Positions 16,829-26,100 of a DNA stretch of 41,545 nt are shown here, piece after piece. Positions within the stretch are counted from its first letter, which is position 1. Each line of letters opens with the position of its first letter. The position numbers and the translations under genes are program-made. This stretch comes from a virus (taxonomy: Duplodnaviria; Caudoviricetes): IMG/VR virus record IMGVR_UViG_3300020220_000121, positions 1 through 41,545 of that record; one strand, written 5' to 3'. Under the pieces are notes generated by a model. That model had not been told where the DNA came from, ran no database searches, and worked only from the letters and a program-made list of their open reading frames with translations.

Positions 16829-17217
16829 AAGTAAGTTTTGACTTTGACGGAACCCTAGAACAAAAAGAAGTTCAGGAATATGCTAAGCAACTTTTAGAAA
16901 AAGGTATAGAAGTATGGGTGGTAACCACCCGGTGGGATGAAAACCACAAACACAAGTACCGTCATGACGTCACACTAGATGATCTATGGGAAGTAGTAGA
17001 CAGACTTGGTATCCCAAGACATCAGGTAAGATTTACCTGTATGGAGTGGAAGTACACCTACTTAAAGGGTACAAAGTTTATCTGGCACTTAGATGATAAT
17101 GAGGATGAGTACTTTAAAGCCAGGCAGAATGGTGGCTGTAATGTGCCTATGATTAATGTAACCTCATATTACTGGAAAGATAAATGTGAAGAACTACTCA
17201 GAGATGCTGCTAATTGA
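16825..17217 (+). CDS. HAD-superfamily hydrolase (capless)
   Basis: Motif I FDFDGT, motif II VVTTR and motif IV HLDD. Confidence 0.85.
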   Translation: MKVSFDFDGTLEQKEVQEYAKQLLEKGIEVWVVTTRWDENHKHKYRHDVTLDDLWEVVDRLGIPRHQVRFTCMEWKYTYLKGTKFIWHLDDNEDEYFKARQNGGCNVPMINVTSYYWKDKCEELLRDAAN

Positions 17218-17275
17218 GAACTAAGACTACTATATAAGTAAACATCCTTTTGAAATAACTGTAAAAAATTAAAAC

Positions 17276-17437
17276 ATGAATAACTGGTCAGTATCAATTT
17301 CCTTTCTACCCAAGCATCGGCTTCTAGTTGGTTTAAACTTTGTACAAGAAATACAGATTATAGATCAAAAAGAAACAGATATAACTCGTTTTGAAGTAGG
17401 TGTAATGCTTTTTACAATATGCTTTGAAAAGTATTAA
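17276..17437 (+). CDS. Hypothetical protein (53 aa)
   Basis: Manual translation: MNNWSVSISFLPKHRLLVGLNFVQEIQIIDQKETDITRFEVGVMLFTICFEKY*. It has an A-rich leader and ends 1 nt before the terminator. Confidence 0.6.
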   Translation: MNNWSVSISFLPKHRLLVGLNFVQEIQIIDQKETDITRFEVGVMLFTICFEKY

Positions 17438-17438
17438 G

Positions 17439-17464
17439 AAGGAGGGTATTAACCCTCCTTTTTT
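17439..17464. terminator. Intrinsic terminator between convergent modules, probably bidirectional
   Basis: AAGGAGGGT-ATTA-ACCCTCCTT followed by TTTT, located exactly where the + and - gene blocks meet. Confidence 0.85.
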
Positions 17465-20400
17465 ATCTTAGTCCCATTTCTTTTCTGAAGTCATCATCAA
17501 ATATAGCAAACATATCTTGTGCTACTTTAACCCCTGGTAACATCTTATTAAAGTACTTTATGGGATGAGCATTTTTCATTGTTTTTTCATCTGATAAAGC
17601 AAATCCCATAAGCTGTTTGCTAGAGTGACCAAAGAAGTTGTACATATCTTCTAGCAAACCTGTTACTGGTGCAGGACTTTTTAAAAGTATTCTTGCCTCA
17701 GTAGGATTATAAAAGAATGCAAGTTCATTAAAATACTTGCTAATAGCTCTACCCATCAATCTTTCTGCTGGAGTTTTACCTTTCTCATCATCATCAGATC
17801 TCATCCAGGTAATCATACCTAAGAATGCCAGCAATAGTAAAAGCTCACGTTTCATTGAACGCAAGTTAGCCAAGTACATATCTATAAATTGAGTTTCACT
17901 CATTCTTGTTTCAAAGTTATGGTCACCAGCCTCACGCCTTCTGATTACCATTTCTCTATATCTTTCCTTGGCTCTTTCTATAGCGTTATCACCATAACCA
18001 ACAATCAGTTCACCAACCAATGGTAAAAACTTTTTATCAAAGAAGTGTTTAAAAAATGTACGTGCCTTTCCATAAGTGTATGTCTCAAGCTCTGAGTCAT
18101 AAGACACGTCTCCAAAACGTTCTGCAACCATCTGCGGAATCCAAGATCTGAATTGCATAAAGACCTGACCCATCATACTCATGCGGATCTTGTTTATATC
18201 TTCATGGGTAGCATTGCCGATGATATTCTTGTTAATCTTTTTAATTTTATTTCTAAACAAAGTAACCTCTTCACTGTCACGCTTAAGACCCTCTATTTCA
18301 AATTTACCATTAACAATCTTACTTTTTACTTTAAGACTCCTTGTCTTTTTTAGCTCTTCCACTTCTTTGTCTATCTTATCCATCAAGGCTTTTCTATCTG
18401 CACTAGGAAGATTGTATATCTTTTCATAGTCATTCATCTTCTTCACATAATCGCGGATGTATACAATCTTACCATTGTCATCAACCATATGACTTCTAAA
18501 CATTGCTAGAGCTACGGGTTTAATTACAAGCTTATCTGATATCCTTTGTATAATAAAGAAGTCTTCTGCATTTACCTTTTTTACTACTTCGTTAATAGAA
18601 AGCTGACGAGTTCTGCGGTATAGAGTTTCATCAAGCTCAGGAGCAATATAATCCAGAAAACCAAGAGCTTCTGTATTGCGTGTACTATAGTCTACTATAC
18701 CATTACCCCAATCTGAGTCATTAAAGTACATATCTTTACCTGCAGTAAATGATGCATTAAAAGTACCTCCTACAAGGGCGGCAGTACCTGATATAGGATT
18801 AAACGCTAGAGTTTTTAAGCTAAAGTAGTGCATGATCTTCTGTAGTCCCCTGGTAAGGGATACATCTTTACCAAGCACGTTTATTACTTTGTCCTCAGAT
18901 AGATCAATCTTCTGTCCGTAAATTTGATAGTTAATATGGTTCTCCAGCACTTCTGCGTTGATTGTATTTGAATCAATCTTACCGCCTTTCTTTACTTTAC
19001 CATATATATTTGTTTGTAATGACCCCTTATTCTGTTCTACAAACAAGATAGCATTAACTGAATCTTCTATAGAGCTCATGGCTTTATAGTTTTCAGTATG
19101 AGCTGCCCAGGCACCAAAGACTTTAAACAGGTCAAGAGATTTTTCCTGCCCTAACTCTCTGGTATAGTAGACAGGTATTTCCATTATAGGCTTACCACTG
19201 AGAGGGTCAATCTTGCCAAACTGATTAGCAGAATCAACTGCAATCCCGGACAAAAAGTTTTCTCTTTTCAAAAGGTTGTTATACTCTCCAAAAGCAAAAG
19301 CTTCAAGCTTGGTCTTGTGCAGAGAAGGTATGAATCCAAACTCATAATCTATCATGCCTGCTTTTTCTGAGTCCCTTAAAAGGCTTTGAAAGTATTCATA
19401 TACATCTACTAGTGGTTTATTAACCAATTTACCACTGGTATCTTTTTTATACATCTCCTTATACTTATCACTGTACCATTTCTCAATAGGTTTACGGAAG
19501 TTTCCTTTACTCATAAGCATGGCCACTTTACTCTGGCCACCATTATGAGTTTCAATCCAACGAAGCAATACTTTTTCTTTCTTTTCCTTGTCTTCAACAG
19601 GATCCATAGAGTATATATCACTCATTACTATCTCCTTATACTTTTTGAAAGATGCTTCATAAGCTTCTTTATCAAAGATAGTATTATCTTTAATCCATTG
19701 TATATCACCTTTCTGTATAGCTTTCTTTCTTTCCTGCCTGTACTCATCAGAGTATATATCCAGAAAGTCTGTCCCATTCAAGATGCCGTCAAACATTTTG
19801 TCCTTAGAAATACCTTTGCTGGACGCCCAATCTTCAAGCTTTTCCTTTAACTCACTTAGCTTATCAAACTTCTCATCTATAGTGATGTCTCTGATCTGAC
19901 GAGCTTTAACAAGCAATCTATTTAACAGTTGAGTAGCCGCTGTATCCAATGTAGATAGACTCCTAAAGTTTCTTTTAAGATAATCCATCACACGTTCACG
20001 ATCAAGAATCCCAAATATTCCTTGTGACTTGGCCATCTCATCTGTAAGCTCTTTTGCTTTATTCTGAAGAGAAAGGATAACATCTTGGGCGTTTAACGCC
20101 ATTGTTTTATAATTATCCTGCTGCTTCTCAAGATCTCTTTTTACAACCTCATCTGTTTCTTCTTCTATTTGTTTCTTAAGTCTGACAAGAATTGATTTTA
20201 GATACTTTGAACCATGAGCGTACGCTCCAATAATTTCAACACCCTCAAGAGCTTCTCCTACAGTTAGGTTATTATTTGTGATCTTATCTTGATATTTGTC
20301 TATCTGAATAAGACCACTTTGAACAAAGAACTTCATGTCTTTTTTCACCTGAAGATTACGTATTGTTTTTTTTAATTTGTTAAGCTCAAGATTTTTCTTA

Positions 20401-23165
20401 TCCTTATTTTTTGTAGATCGTTGTGAAATAAGGTCATAGGTAAAGTTTAGCTTTTCAATCAGATCGTCTAGCATCTTATCTCCTGTCGACTCCCTAAGAG
20501 CTACTACCGGTAATAGGTATTCTTTACTTTCAGGAATTAAGGTAGCATCAACCGGGCCAATCTCTATATTCTTAAGATCACTTGGTGCCCAAGTAGTAGC
20601 ATCAAGTCTTATATTTTTGAAGATAGTTCTTATGGGAATTGCTCGTACTTTATTGAATTTTAGTATACCATATTCCTTTTCCAGAGCATCTGTATACTCA
20701 TCCAATTGAATTCTGTAGGCCGGTTCTTTAAACCATTTAAGTTCTGTTTCATTATTCCTTACTTCTTGGCTCTTCCAATCATACACATCTACTGAGCCAT
20801 CCTTTAAAAATGCAATAAGGTCGGTAGTGCCAGGCATTCTTTTTCTTGAGTTATATAGTTTTACTTCAGACATAAATCGTGTTCCACTAGGGTAACTCAT
20901 CAATAAAGATCTTATGTACACATCCAGCTTGGCTTGTATTTCAAGGTTGAATTTGGTTGGGGGAGCAACTAAGGGTTTACTTCTAAGAAGACCGGTGTCT
21001 TTGTTAACATATCTTTCAATCAGTTTGTCTATGTACTCATGCAGCTCTGTTCCGTATTCTGCCTTAATATTGTCAATGATCTTTTCAATATCAGTACGTT
21101 TATCAACTGGAAATTTAGATTTATACCACGGTTTTACAACGTTTTCACTTACAGAGCGTGCAGAGCCATCAGGATTTCTAATCTCTTGAGCATCTACACT
21201 ATACAGGTGTTTTTTTGGATCAAGAGTTATCCTGCTCTGGTCAGCCTTTACTCGGTTGAACAGTTTTGCGGAATAGTCTTCAGTTGAAGAATCCTGAAGG
21301 AACATCTCACTGGAAAGATTGTTTTCATCTAGGTCTGCAATATCATTTTCCAGGATCTTATTAGCTGCTGTTGCAAAAGGGTTCTCTATGGCACCATTAC
21401 GCTTGCCGGCTTTAGCAAACAACTCAGTGATAAATTTCCAGACTTTAGCCCACCATTTTTGAGCTTGTAATACTTTGGTAGAATCATCTATCCCACGTTC
21501 TTGTGTAATTACATAGCTCATAATAAGTTTACCAATGGCTTCTTTCTTTAACTTATTAAAGTTAATAGTACCATCACTATTACGATAAAGCTTGTTGTCT
21601 TTATAGGCAGCTACAACTTGAGAATAGAGCTTGTAGCCGGTAATCTTATCATACATCTCTTTATAAAGAGGTGAGTTTACACCTAGCATTTCCACAAAGA
21701 AGTGGGCTGCTTCTTCAGGCAGGGTAGTAATATCAGCCTGACCTTCTACCACCTGGATGATTTTATTAAGCATATCAGCTACGGCAATACCTGAAAGAGG
21801 TTTGCCTTCACGGTCTTTCAACTGGTTGACCGTTTCCAGACGTATACCGATAGAACTTAAGAAACGTTTGATCTTGTTATCAATGTTCTCATCAGGAGCC
21901 TGCTCACTTTGACGCTCCTGTTGCTGATATATATTCCCTGTTTGTTCAGAATAAGTACCTTGGTTAAACAAAGACTTTATCTGATTAGGTTCATATACAA
22001 CAAAGTTATCTGCACGTTCAGGGTCAGCTATATCTTTAAGAATAGCACCATCTACATTTTTATTTTCAGCACCCTGCTTAACAAGCTTGGATACTTCCAT
22101 TAACGCTCCTCTACCATCCGCCTGCATTACAAACGGTTCACCATTAAAGTTCTTTTCTACCGGTGACTTTACATTTAAGAAGACAGGCATAAGGTTAGGT
22201 GTAAACCCACCGTTTTTAATATCCTGTTCTACCTTATCTCTTCCTAGTACAACTACTTTACGTAAACCTGAAACAAACGTATCAAACTTCTGAGAGCTTA
22301 ATGACGTAATATTTCTTCCAGTAAACTGAGCTAGTTCTGGTACAGCATTTATTTTTCCATTTATCACACCATCTAAAGTTAAATACACACTTTCATAGCC
22401 TAAACTATAGCTTGTATTAGAATCAATTCCAAACTTGGAAACACTTGTATACTTACCAGAAAGTATAACCTGTTTATTCTTTTCAAGTTTGTTAACCTCA
22501 TTTTCCATGTCATTGTAATACCTACGTGGATTGGAAATACTTCCTCCACCTGCGTAGTCACGTTCTAATGATCTATACTTCTGAGCCAACACTTTAAGGT
22601 TCTCCATGATTTGTTCCTTGGTTAAACCTTTGGTTTTTAAACCATCTATGTAAGCTGCAAACTTGGGTGACTCTTTACGTAGATTATCATATACCTCCTG
22701 TCTTCTTTTTTGATCCCATGATAAAGTGGATGTAATTGTTTGTAGAGAAGAAGATATCAACATAAGTTCCTGCTGGCGTGCCATGATAGCATAGTTGAAT
22801 GCTACGTTCTCATTATTAGTAAAGAAGAATGCATTTTCAGCATCAAAAGATTTACTACCATCAGCCGAACGACCGGTAGTAGATCCTCTAAGTTCTTTAT
22901 CAAACTCAGCAAAATCAGACCCAGTACCATGGAATACTAACAGTGGCTCACCATTCTCGTCCACCACTTTAGACCCTTTACCTGATTGCCAGTCTCCAAA
23001 CCATCTTTTGAAAGAAGGAGTGTACACCTGGGCCCAATGTCTTAAAGCTTGCTCTTTATTAGAGACAAGCTTATTAATAGATTGAAACAAGTTAGAAGGC
23101 TTACCATTAGGAGCAGTAACCGAAGTTATTTCTCCGGCATTATTACGGAACACTTGACACGACAT
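17463..23165 (-). CDS. 1900-aa polyvalent virion cargo protein: ART-like domain, zincin-like domain, PD-(D/E)XK nuclease and helical C-terminus
   Basis: ART-like: FKRWFGDW, SKVVDENGEPLLVFHGT, FFT....A..YA, MPVFLNVKSP and FVVYEPNQIKS (~21940-23030). Zincin-like: EEAAH (21702-21716) with downstream KEAIG. Nuclease: GTTDL...VYDWKS...YRIQL (~20690-20835). Confidence 0.75.
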   Translation of the reverse strand: MSCQVFRNNAGEITSVTAPNGKPSNLFQSINKLVSNKEQALRHWAQVYTPSFKRWFGDWQSGKGSKVVDENGEPLLVFHGTGSDFAEFDKELRGSTTGRSADGSKSFDAENAFFFTNNENVAFNYAIMARQQELMLISSSLQTITSTLSWDQKRRQEVYDNLRKESPKFAAYIDGLKTKGLTKEQIMENLKVLAQKYRSLERDYAGGGSISNPRRYYNDMENEVNKLEKNKQVILSGKYTSVSKFGIDSNTSYSLGYESVYLTLDGVINGKINAVPELAQFTGRNITSLSSQKFDTFVSGLRKVVVLGRDKVEQDIKNGGFTPNLMPVFLNVKSPVEKNFNGEPFVMQADGRGALMEVSKLVKQGAENKNVDGAILKDIADPERADNFVVYEPNQIKSLFNQGTYSEQTGNIYQQQERQSEQAPDENIDNKIKRFLSSIGIRLETVNQLKDREGKPLSGIAVADMLNKIIQVVEGQADITTLPEEAAHFFVEMLGVNSPLYKEMYDKITGYKLYSQVVAAYKDNKLYRNSDGTINFNKLKKEAIGKLIMSYVITQERGIDDSTKVLQAQKWWAKVWKFITELFAKAGKRNGAIENPFATAANKILENDIADLDENNLSSEMFLQDSSTEDYSAKLFNRVKADQSRITLDPKKHLYSVDAQEIRNPDGSARSVSENVVKPWYKSKFPVDKRTDIEKIIDNIKAEYGTELHEYIDKLIERYVNKDTGLLRSKPLVAPPTKFNLEIQAKLDVYIRSLLMSYPSGTRFMSEVKLYNSRKRMPGTTDLIAFLKDGSVDVYDWKSQEVRNNETELKWFKEPAYRIQLDEYTDALEKEYGILKFNKVRAIPIRTIFKNIRLDATTWAPSDLKNIEIGPVDATLIPESKEYLLPVVALRESTGDKMLDDLIEKLNFTYDLISQRSTKNKDKKNLELNKLKKTIRNLQVKKDMKFFVQSGLIQIDKYQDKITNNNLTVGEALEGVEIIGAYAHGSKYLKSILVRLKKQIEEETDEVVKRDLEKQQDNYKTMALNAQDVILSLQNKAKELTDEMAKSQGIFGILDRERVMDYLKRNFRSLSTLDTAATQLLNRLLVKARQIRDITIDEKFDKLSELKEKLEDWASSKGISKDKMFDGILNGTDFLDIYSDEYRQERKKAIQKGDIQWIKDNTIFDKEAYEASFKKYKEIVMSDIYSMDPVEDKEKKEKVLLRWIETHNGGQSKVAMLMSKGNFRKPIEKWYSDKYKEMYKKDTSGKLVNKPLVDVYEYFQSLLRDSEKAGMIDYEFGFIPSLHKTKLEAFAFGEYNNLLKRENFLSGIAVDSANQFGKIDPLSGKPIMEIPVYYTRELGQEKSLDLFKVFGAWAAHTENYKAMSSIEDSVNAILFVEQNKGSLQTNIYGKVKKGGKIDSNTINAEVLENHINYQIYGQKIDLSEDKVINVLGKDVSLTRGLQKIMHYFSLKTLAFNPISGTAALVGGTFNASFTAGKDMYFNDSDWGNGIVDYSTRNTEALGFLDYIAPELDETLYRRTRQLSINEVVKKVNAEDFFIIQRISDKLVIKPVALAMFRSHMVDDNGKIVYIRDYVKKMNDYEKIYNLPSADRKALMDKIDKEVEELKKTRSLKVKSKIVNGKFEIEGLKRDSEEVTLFRNKIKKINKNIIGNATHEDINKIRMSMMGQVFMQFRSWIPQMVAERFGDVSYDSELETYTYGKARTFFKHFFDKKFLPLVGELIVGYGDNAIERAKERYREMVIRRREAGDHNFETRMSETQFIDMYLANLRSMKRELLLLLAFLGMITWMRSDDDEKGKTPAERLMGRAISKYFNELAFFYNPTEARILLKSPAPVTGLLEDMYNFFGHSSKQLMGFALSDEKTMKNAHPIKYFNKMLPGVKVAQDMFAIFDDDFRKEMGLR

Positions 23166-23186
23166 AGGGTACTGATTTATTTTATT

Positions 23187-26100
23187 TTATCCTCTTTTAC
23201 AACCTCCATCTAAGTTCTTAAGAACATCATCTACTTCGGAACTTGTATTTAATCCTTTACTTACTAAGTCCAGTAGAACATCAGCACTTACAGGAGCTGT
23301 TTCTGCAGGTCCAGTTCTTACCTCATACTCTTTAGGAAGAATAACATTCTCAGGAATACTAATTACATTATAAATTCCTTTAATAACATCTTTGATTTCT
23401 TCAATAGAATATCCAGCTAAGTCACTTCCCAACTTTGTTACATAAAATTTGTACTGAGGATTATTATAAGCAAAGTCTATAAAAGTACTTATATCTCTTC
23501 TTATATTATCAAGAGAAACACTTCTTTTACCTCTAGCTAAATCTTTAGTTACAATTGCATAAGATTGTCCTTGTAAACCTCTAGCTTGACCTTGCTTAGC
23601 ACCAAACTTTTGTTTAGCTGTAAGAGCAGCACCTAACCCATGTCTACCTTCTGTATTAGATCCAAATACAAATACCTCATTTGGTTTAAGAGAAGTAATA
23701 TTTTCTGGTGTATACTCTCTCTCAACACCCATCACGTCAGGAGCTTGGGTAGATATTACTCTTTTATATGCTTCAATCAAAGTTTTTAGAAATATGTTAC
23801 CCGTATTTGATGTCCAACTGTTACCTTCTTTCTTTTGATAAGTTTCTGGATTATCTGATGTATTATACGTATGTATAGATTTTTCTAAAAATTCTATACC
23901 ACCTCTTTTAGTTATTTCGTCTACTAAAAATGGGTATTGTCTTAGTTTAGCTTCTTCTAAATCTGTTATAAGTTTAATATTTTCAGGCGTAGCACCTTCT
24001 TCTTTTCTAAGGCTGAAATAAGCTTCTTCTACATCTTTATAGGGTTTGCCATTAAATTTAATTCCCTTATCTAGTTCTTTATATATACCAACAAGTTTCC
24101 CCTTAGAACTAGAGGTTCCTCCTCTAGGATTATAATGTGTGGGATTGGTAAGAGCTGCACCTAATGGGTCATTAGAACCACTAAATATATTTATACCCTT
24201 AACACTTACAGGAGCTTTCTTATCAGAAACAGATGTAGCTGCAGGTTTGGCTACAGACTTTACTACCTGACGCTTAGTAACATCATTCAATATAGATTGT
24301 AGTTTATCCTGCCATCCTGGATTAGCAATGTTGATTACAGGTATACCCTTACGATAAGCCATATCGATAGCCTGATTAGTTCCGCCACTTTCAGGACGTT
24401 GTCCCTGACCTTCCCATCCAGATTTGTCATAAGCTATAACAAAGTCTACAGGAGTATCTAGGTTTTGGCCAAATATCTGGTTGGTGTTGCGGGCCATGAG
24501 CTCAATACCACCCTTAATACGCTTCAGAGCTTCAGGATTAGGATGAATCTCAAGAGCTATCTCTTTGCTTACATCTGTAGCATCTTTAGGATAGAATACA
24601 TTCTTTTTCTTAGCAGTGTTTCTAAAGACAGCATCCGCTCCTTTGGCATTGCCTGTATTGACAGTAAAGCCCATATTCTCTAGCTGAATTACTATCTGCC
24701 TAAGAATGTTAAGAATCTCTTCAGGAGTTTCTCGTGATCCAATGCCAGCATAAGTCATGCTAGCTATTGAATTATCTTTTCTGGGAAGCTTGTCAAACTG
24801 TGGCGTATCTGAATCATCAAAAGTTTGTTTCATGTACTCTATATGTTGATATACTGCATCTTGATGTAAAGACTCATCTATCTTCTCATTTAGGGTTTCA
24901 AATCTTGATTTTCCAGTTATAGGATCACCAGCTGAAGTCTCCAGTACATACATACCATTGCCAAGCATATTGATAGGTCGGTATGCAATCTTAGGTTTTT
25001 TGTCAGTAACATCTTCTCCATCTTGAATAACTGTAACCTTTTCAAATAAACGTGGAGTGTACAGATTATCAGTATTTTCAATTAAACTATTTGGAATAAG
25101 CAATTCACCAAAGAAAGCTTTGGCTCTATCTTTTAACATCTTATGAGTAACACCTTCTTTAGGAACATATACCTTTACATAGTCATATGCAGCCATTTTG
25201 TTTTGACGATTAAGAATTAGTAAACCATTAGAAATAGTTGCCTTCTTAAGCTTAATTGTAGGTACAATGTTATTGTTTTTGGCATAGTTCTGGTGAAAAG
25301 CTCTCCATATAGCTTTGACATCAATTGGATGCATACTATATGTATATGACCTGAAAATCTTGGCAGCTGTATCTGCGTATAACGCAAGAGGCATGACCTT
25401 TGTAAAAGTGATAGGGCTCAGTTGAAGACCTGACTGCAGAATGGTAAACTTAACTAGATTATCAACAAACTTTTGCAGATCCATATCACCATTAGCTTGA
25501 GCCATAGTATGAAGTGTTTCCAATGACTCACTAATTAGATTAATATCATACGCAGACATTTTGTTATTGAATAACTTTATGTTATCTGTAGCATTTCTAT
25601 TGTCATTTATTATTGGAAACAGATTCTTAAAAGCATGATTATTAGGATATCTTTCCTTCAGTACCTTAAGCATTTTAGGAAGTGAGATTCCATCTTTACT
25701 ATCCTGAAACAGGTCGTAGTTCATGGCTATGGCCTTCTCTTTTCCATAAGGTGTATTTTGCAGGATGTATCCAAGAATAAATGACTGATACCTGTTTATC
25801 AAATCTGCTTTGTCATCATTAGATATAAACAACTCATTATCATCAAGCTGCTTCATAAGAGGATCAAAAACAGGAAGTGTTTTAGGCTGAAGGCTTACAA
25901 AGAACTCAGCAAACATGTTTTCTATATCGTCCTTAATTGACTTTATACTACTAAGGAACGATCTTTGGAAAACCCTATCTACTGAAGCTTTGGTTATAAA
26001 ACCATCATTAAGCATTTTATTGTATCTGAGCTTTTGTATCCTGTTTTCAATCATGCTCTTTGTACGAGAGGTGTCATAAGATATACCCTTAATAAAGTTA

